From the IMG/VR virus record IMGVR_UViG_2724679462_000001: a stretch of 20,000 nt of DNA. One strand, written 5' to 3'. Source of the stretch: an uncultured virus (IMG/VR IMGVR_UViG_2724679462_000001). Lineage: Duplodnaviria; Heunggongvirae; Uroviricota; Caudoviricetes. Shown here piece after piece: positions 17,051 to 20,000 of this stretch (positions are counted from its first letter, which is position 1; every line of letters starts with the position of its first letter). Below the pieces are notes generated by a model. It saw nothing but the letters and a program-made list of their open reading frames with translations, was not told the origin of the DNA and ran no database searches. The position numbers and the translations under genes were made by a program.

Positions 17051-17959
17051 TCATGGGCGCAGTGCGCCCCTCCCGAGCATGCCCATCAGCGTCTTCGCGT
17101 TTCGCTGACCCTGGTCTTCCCAGTTATTGTTGAACACCACGTGTGTGCTTTCAACCGCCTTCGAGATGTTGATGATCTGACTCGACAATCCCGCCAGCTC
17201 TTCCTCGTTATAGTCGTAGTTGAATCGTGATGACGCCGCCGACGCGTCCTTGATATTCCACGTTTCGTGGTTGCGGCCGTGCAGTCGAATCAGAGCCAGC
17301 TTCGGGTTCGTGACTTCCCACACCGCCGGGATCGAATTGGCAGAAGTATTCGGCTCGTCGACTACGACATTCACAAGGCCGCGCTCGCGCTCCAGCGCAA
17401 GGGTCGATGCGGTCGCTTTCTCCGAAAACCAAGAGCGATGCCGAAATTCGACGGCGAGCGTGAAGCCTTCCATCACGTCCGCGCAGTGCTCGACGTGCGC
17501 GCGGCCGTCTTCGTTATTCACGAGCCAAGGGGCAAATTGGAAGTGCACCGCGCCAAGCTTTCCGGCCTGGCGCAGCGGTTCAATCGCCTCCACGTATCGG
17601 CGCCACAGCTCGCGAAGGATTTCGCCGGGTGTGTCCTTGTAGTACAGGTTCTTTTTGTCGCTGGGCGGGAGCGCGGCCTGGATGTCTTTCGGCAGCTTCG
17701 CGCGATCTGTCTGGTGTCCCGTGAACAGCCTAAACGCTTTGATATTGAAAACGAAATGGTCGGGCGTACGCTGAGTCCAAAGGACCGAGTTGGACCCGTT
17801 CGGCATCGCGTAGTAGCTGGAATCGACTTCGACCAGAGGAAATTGCGACGCATAGAATCGCAGGCGGGCTTCGGCACTCGTGCAGCCAGGCGGATAGAAC
17901 CGCTTGCTGGCAATTAGAGTAGGGTCTGTCCAACTGGCAGTGCCGACTCGGATGTTCAT
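17051..17959 (-). CDS. DUF72 (YecE-like) TIM-barrel protein (302 aa)
   Basis: IRVGTASW, LRFYASQFPLVEVDSSYYAMP, FNIKAF, FQFAPW, AVEFRHRSW, IRLHGRN, YDYNEEEL and HVVFNN are DUF72 motifs. Confidence 0.9.
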   Translation of the reverse strand: MNIRVGTASWTDPTLIASKRFYPPGCTSAEARLRFYASQFPLVEVDSSYYAMPNGSNSVLWTQRTPDHFVFNIKAFRLFTGHQTDRAKLPKDIQAALPPSDKKNLYYKDTPGEILRELWRRYVEAIEPLRQAGKLGAVHFQFAPWLVNNEDGRAHVEHCADVMEGFTLAVEFRHRSWFSEKATASTLALERERGLVNVVVDEPNTSANSIPAVWEVTNPKLALIRLHGRNHETWNIKDASAASSRFNYDYNEEELAGLSSQIINISKAVESTHVVFNNNWEDQGQRNAKTLMGMLGRGALRP

Positions 17960-18032
17960 GGCGATGTGGGATCGGGAGGAATGTCTGACATACTAGCAAC
18001 ACCTTCGACAAGCGATCTTCTACGCGCTCGAG

Positions 18033-18146
18033 GCTGCGGGTCCGTATTTGCCTTTCGCCAAGCTGAGAAGCAAAAAAAAAGAAGTATCCGACATATCGGG
18101 AGGGCGCCAGCCCTCCCTTTATGCCGTCTTCCTTTCATTACTTCAG
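18033..18146 (+). repeat. 114-bp imperfect direct repeat, right copy (contains orphan macrodomain 3' end LRVRICLSPS*)
   Basis: Aligns to 15279-15392. CTG CGG GTC CGT ATT TGC CTT TCG CCA AGC TGA versus CTG CGT GTA CGG ATT TGT TTG TCG CCA CGC TGA. Confidence 0.9.
18090..18128. terminator. CATA-stem-loop-TATG element, probable terminator of the 57-aa gene
   Basis: GACATATC-GGGAGGGC-GCCA-GCCCTCCC-TTTATGCCGTC, with an A9 run at 18072-18080. Confidence 0.72.
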
Positions 18147-18311
18147 CGACGTCATTGCGCGCTGCGCCTGCAGGTTGTGTCCAGCGTGATCCGCGATGAC
18201 GAGTGAGAGACCGCTGAGGATGAAGAACACGGTGATCAGGAAGCCGCGCTTCGCAGCGCCGTTGTTTGCTTTCTTGCCCGAGTGGTAATTGTTGTTTGCA
18301 AAGTTGATCAT
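18138..18311 (-). CDS. Small single-pass membrane protein (57 aa)
   Basis: Below the track's length cutoff. MINFANNNYHSGKKANNGAAKRGFLITVFFILSGLSLVIADHAGHNLQAQRAMTSLK*. GGAG SD 6 nt before ATG, followed by a stem-loop. Confidence 0.72.
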   Translation of the reverse strand: MINFANNNYHSGKKANNGAAKRGFLITVFFILSGLSLVIADHAGHNLQAQRAMTSLK

Positions 18312-18366
18312 GATTCGCTCCGAAGTAGATTGGTTTTGCTATCGATCTCTCGATGGCTTCGGGCGA

Positions 18367-18393
18367 GTCATATGTGTCTGAATTTGTTTTGAA
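18367..18393 (-). promoter_or_regulatory. Possible phage early (virion RNAP) promoter
   Basis: The minus strand reads TTCAAAACAAATTCAGACACATATGAC: an AT-rich tract plus CATATGAC, 6/8 to the phiKZ early consensus TATATTAC, about 55 nt upstream of the 57-aa gene. Single occurrence in the window. Confidence 0.45.
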
Positions 18394-18418
18394 TCCCGAT
18401 CTGGCAAGTTGCTACAAT
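18389..18418 (+). promoter_or_regulatory. Putative sigma70 promoter for hns
   Basis: TTGAAT-18 bp-TACAAT with an extended -10 TG, 24 bp upstream of the ATG. Confidence 0.5.
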
Positions 18419-18442
18419 CCCGCGTTCTTCTGGAGAAACAGC

Positions 18443-18763
18443 ATGGCAATGCAACCGAGTGCGCGGCTCGACAAACTGCGCGAACAATTGGCGAAGGTGC
18501 AGGGGCGGATCGCTAAGGAAGAAGGGGTGCGACGGACAGCCGCGCTTGAGGAAATCAGTTCGCTGATGGCTCAGTACGGACTGACGGTCGCGGACATCGG
18601 GGTGAAAGGAAAACGAGGGCCGGCGAAGAAGACGAAGGCTGGGGCAAAGAAGCCAGTCGCTGTGAAGTATCAGGATCCGAAGACAGGTGCGACGTGGAGT
18701 GGGCGCGGTCGTGAGCCGCTCTGGATCAAGGGCAAGAGGCGCGAGCGTTTCCTTATCGCATGA
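18443..18763 (+). CDS. hns: H-NS family nucleoid-associated protein (106 aa, Burkholderia Bv3F-like)
   Basis: N-terminal coiled coil, MAQYGLTVADI, and DNA-binding motif KYQDPKTGATWSGRGREPLWI. Start at 18443 after GGAGA rather than 18353. Confidence 0.92.
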   Translation: MAMQPSARLDKLREQLAKVQGRIAKEEGVRRTAALEEISSLMAQYGLTVADIGVKGKRGPAKKTKAGAKKPVAVKYQDPKTGATWSGRGREPLWIKGKRRERFLIA

Positions 18764-18776
18764 CGTTCAGTCATCG

Positions 18777-19160
18777 TCACTTCGCCGGAGCATAACGCGA
18801 TGGACCTGACACGCCTCCGCCATTTCCTGGCTGACAAACATACAGCGTCCTTCCTATACGTACCGAGTCTCCGTGGACGCCTCCGGCACTGTTTGGGTAG
18901 GCGCAATTCAAGTCCGGGTTTATACAGTACCAAGGCGAGTCTTCCCCCGGCGAACCAGGTCCCGGCATACAGCGACGAGATGCGCACAAATTGCTTTCGG
19001 CGGTCACGTTGGGATAATTTGGCGGCATTCCGTCTGAGCACACTTGCCCGTTCTTCAGGTTCTGACTTTTAGCCTCGCCCGAGACGCCACCCAAGAGCAA
19101 CACACCGAACCAGATTAGGGACGCTGACGACTTACAAATCTGGTTCCGATGCATGGCCAT
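18777..19160 (-). CDS. Putative secreted Cys-rich protein (127 aa)
   Basis: Hydrophobic leader SLIWFGVLLLGGVSGEAKS, six Cys in the mature part, Gly/Pro-rich. Confidence 0.6.
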   Translation of the reverse strand: MAMHRNQICKSSASLIWFGVLLLGGVSGEAKSQNLKNGQVCSDGMPPNYPNVTAESNLCASRRCMPGPGSPGEDSPWYCINPDLNCAYPNSAGGVHGDSVRIGRTLYVCQPGNGGGVSGPSRYAPAK

Positions 19161-19291
19161 TCCCCGAAAGACGGAAAAATTTTTGTGCGCAAATGAAGTT
19201 AAGGCTAACTATGTCCTTCCCGCCAGAGATTTCCGGATCACAAGGGTTGACCCCTAGCGAACAGGATGAAGGTCGATCTGACATAAATGAA

Positions 19292-19492
19292 TCAGCCCTT
19301 TTCGGACGATCGCGCCAGATTTTCCCACCGCCGCTGCAACAGGTCGATCACATTTTGCTCGCAGGCTCGCCGGGCTGTTGCCATCTCGAAATACTCCTCG
19401 ATCGCTGTTTCGACCTGGGCCGGATCGTCCCCGACGATCTGATTCCATGGGCCGACGCTGCCGGTGAGATAAAAACCATCTGCGCGGTCTCC
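19292..19492 (-). pseudogene. Possible 3' gene remnant
   Basis: A minus-strand frame with coding-like codon use (GDRADGFYLTGSVGPWNQIVGDDPAQVETAIEEYFEMATARRACEQNVIDLLQRRWENLARSSEKG*) begins right after a TAA with no start codon at its 5' end. Family not recognised. Confidence 0.3.
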
Positions 19493-19517
19493 TTAGGGTT
19501 CTCCCGCGTTGGTCGCT

Positions 19518-20000
19518 CTAATGCGGAATTGGATATGAGCAGAGATAGACTCGCCCCGAGGGGGCGAGTCTATCCGCTGGAGTGGCTAAATTAACGCTCA
19601 TCTCCTTGTATGTGCACCATTCCGACGGGCAATTATCACCCTGGCATTCTCGATTAATGTCAGTTCGGGAGGCGGGCACGGCAGGATATCCCGACTTCCG
19701 ATTGTCCCAGCAGTTTGCAATCGTGCCTTCGCGACAAAGGTCCGTGCCTTTAACCTGATATGCTGGAGTCGACCCCGACCAAGCAGTTGAAGCCCAATCG
19801 CGCCCTGCCCAATTCGCCTCGGTATACGTATAAACCCAATCCAACTTCCTTTCCGACGGGGCCGTTGTTTCGGGGACTTGTGCTGCAACGGGTGCGGGCG
19901 CAGGAGCTTGTGCAGTAGTGGGTGCGGACGCAGGAGCTTGTGCGGTAGTGGGTGCGGACGCAGGAGCTTGTGCAGTAGTGGGAGCGGACGCAGGAGCTTG
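19518..20000 (-). CDS. C-terminal part of a probable surface/secreted protein: Pro/Ala/Thr repeat linker + Cys/Trp-rich domain (5' end outside window)
   Basis: The frame of track ORF 19518..19844 stays open to the window edge: (QAPASAPTTA)n-QAPAPAPVAAQVPETTAPSERKLDWVYTYTEANWAGRDW. Six Cys in the terminal domain. Confidence 0.7.
   Translation of the reverse strand, partial: QAPASAPTTAQAPASAPTTAQAPASAPTTAQAPAPAPVAAQVPETTAPSERKLDWVYTYTEANWAGRDWASTAWSGSTPAYQVKGTDLCREGTIANCWDNRKSGYPAVPASRTDINRECQGDNCPSEWCTYKEMSVNLATPADRLAPSGRVYLCSYPIPH
19890..20000. repeat. 30-bp coding tandem repeat (at least 3.7 units, truncated by the window edge)
   Basis: GGGTGCGGACGCAGGAGCTTGTGCAGTAGT units with single substitutions, encoding QAPASAPTTA on the minus strand. 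Confidence 0.92.

Larger units (their letters stand above)
15393..18032. mobile_element. Inserted accessory cassette (TIR-DnaB + DUF72) between direct repeats
   Basis: Bounded by the two 114-bp repeats. Bacterial-type genes with shifted composition. No recombinase inside. Confidence 0.7.
1..20000. mobile_element. Segment of a phiKZ-like jumbo phage genome (free phage, prophage or phage-plasmid not determinable here)
   Basis: A split RNAP beta' C-terminal subunit, a split family-B DNA polymerase subunit, head proteins with S/A-x-E cleavage motifs, an endolysin and a GIY-YIG endonuclease occur together, in an order resembling the phiKZ gp76-gp86 block as I recall it. No integrase or partition genes are visible in the window. 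Confidence 0.88.

Noticed and set aside
18353..18442. 30-codon N-terminal extension of H-NS (and similar track extensions at 8236, 11196 and 12118)
   Set aside because: Downstream ATGs have SD sequences and match the domain starts. The extensions cover promoter, leader or overlapping-gene DNA.
19193..19594. 133-aa plus-strand ORF
   Set aside because: No recognisable features; it overlaps the minus-strand gene end, and codon bias favours the opposite strand.
19890..20000. 30-bp repeats as a CRISPR array
   Set aside because: The units are contiguous with no spacers, are a multiple of three, and encode an in-frame peptide repeat.

Overview
The window looks like part of a phiKZ-like jumbo phage genome (Chimalliviridae-type) with GC-rich codon usage. 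The H-NS and DUF72 cargo suggest a Burkholderiales host. The core block (about 1-15312) encodes probable head/ejection proteins with S/A-x-E protease sites, one with an HExxH motif. It also encodes the exonuclease + motif A half of a split family-B DNA polymerase, a PG-binding + DUF3380 endolysin, the C-terminal piece of a split RNA polymerase beta' subunit, a free-standing GIY-YIG endonuclease, several unassigned core-like genes and a DarG/TARG1-type macrodomain protein. Bacterial-looking cargo is inserted next to recurring CATA-stem-loop-TATG elements: a lipoprotein, and a 2.6-kb cassette bracketed by diverged 114-bp direct repeats. H-NS and Cys-rich, probably secreted, proteins follow. The four most notable observations are: (1) a TIR domain fused to an apparently catalytically dead DnaB helicase domain, a candidate decoy-type defence protein; (2) an in-phase T TTT TTT slippery site that would fuse two core ORFs by -1 frameshifting; (3) a long G.U-rich RNA structure burying the endolysin ribosome-binding site; (4) the duplicated, synonymously diverged gene ends around the cassette. 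All family calls come from motif recognition by eye; no searches were run.
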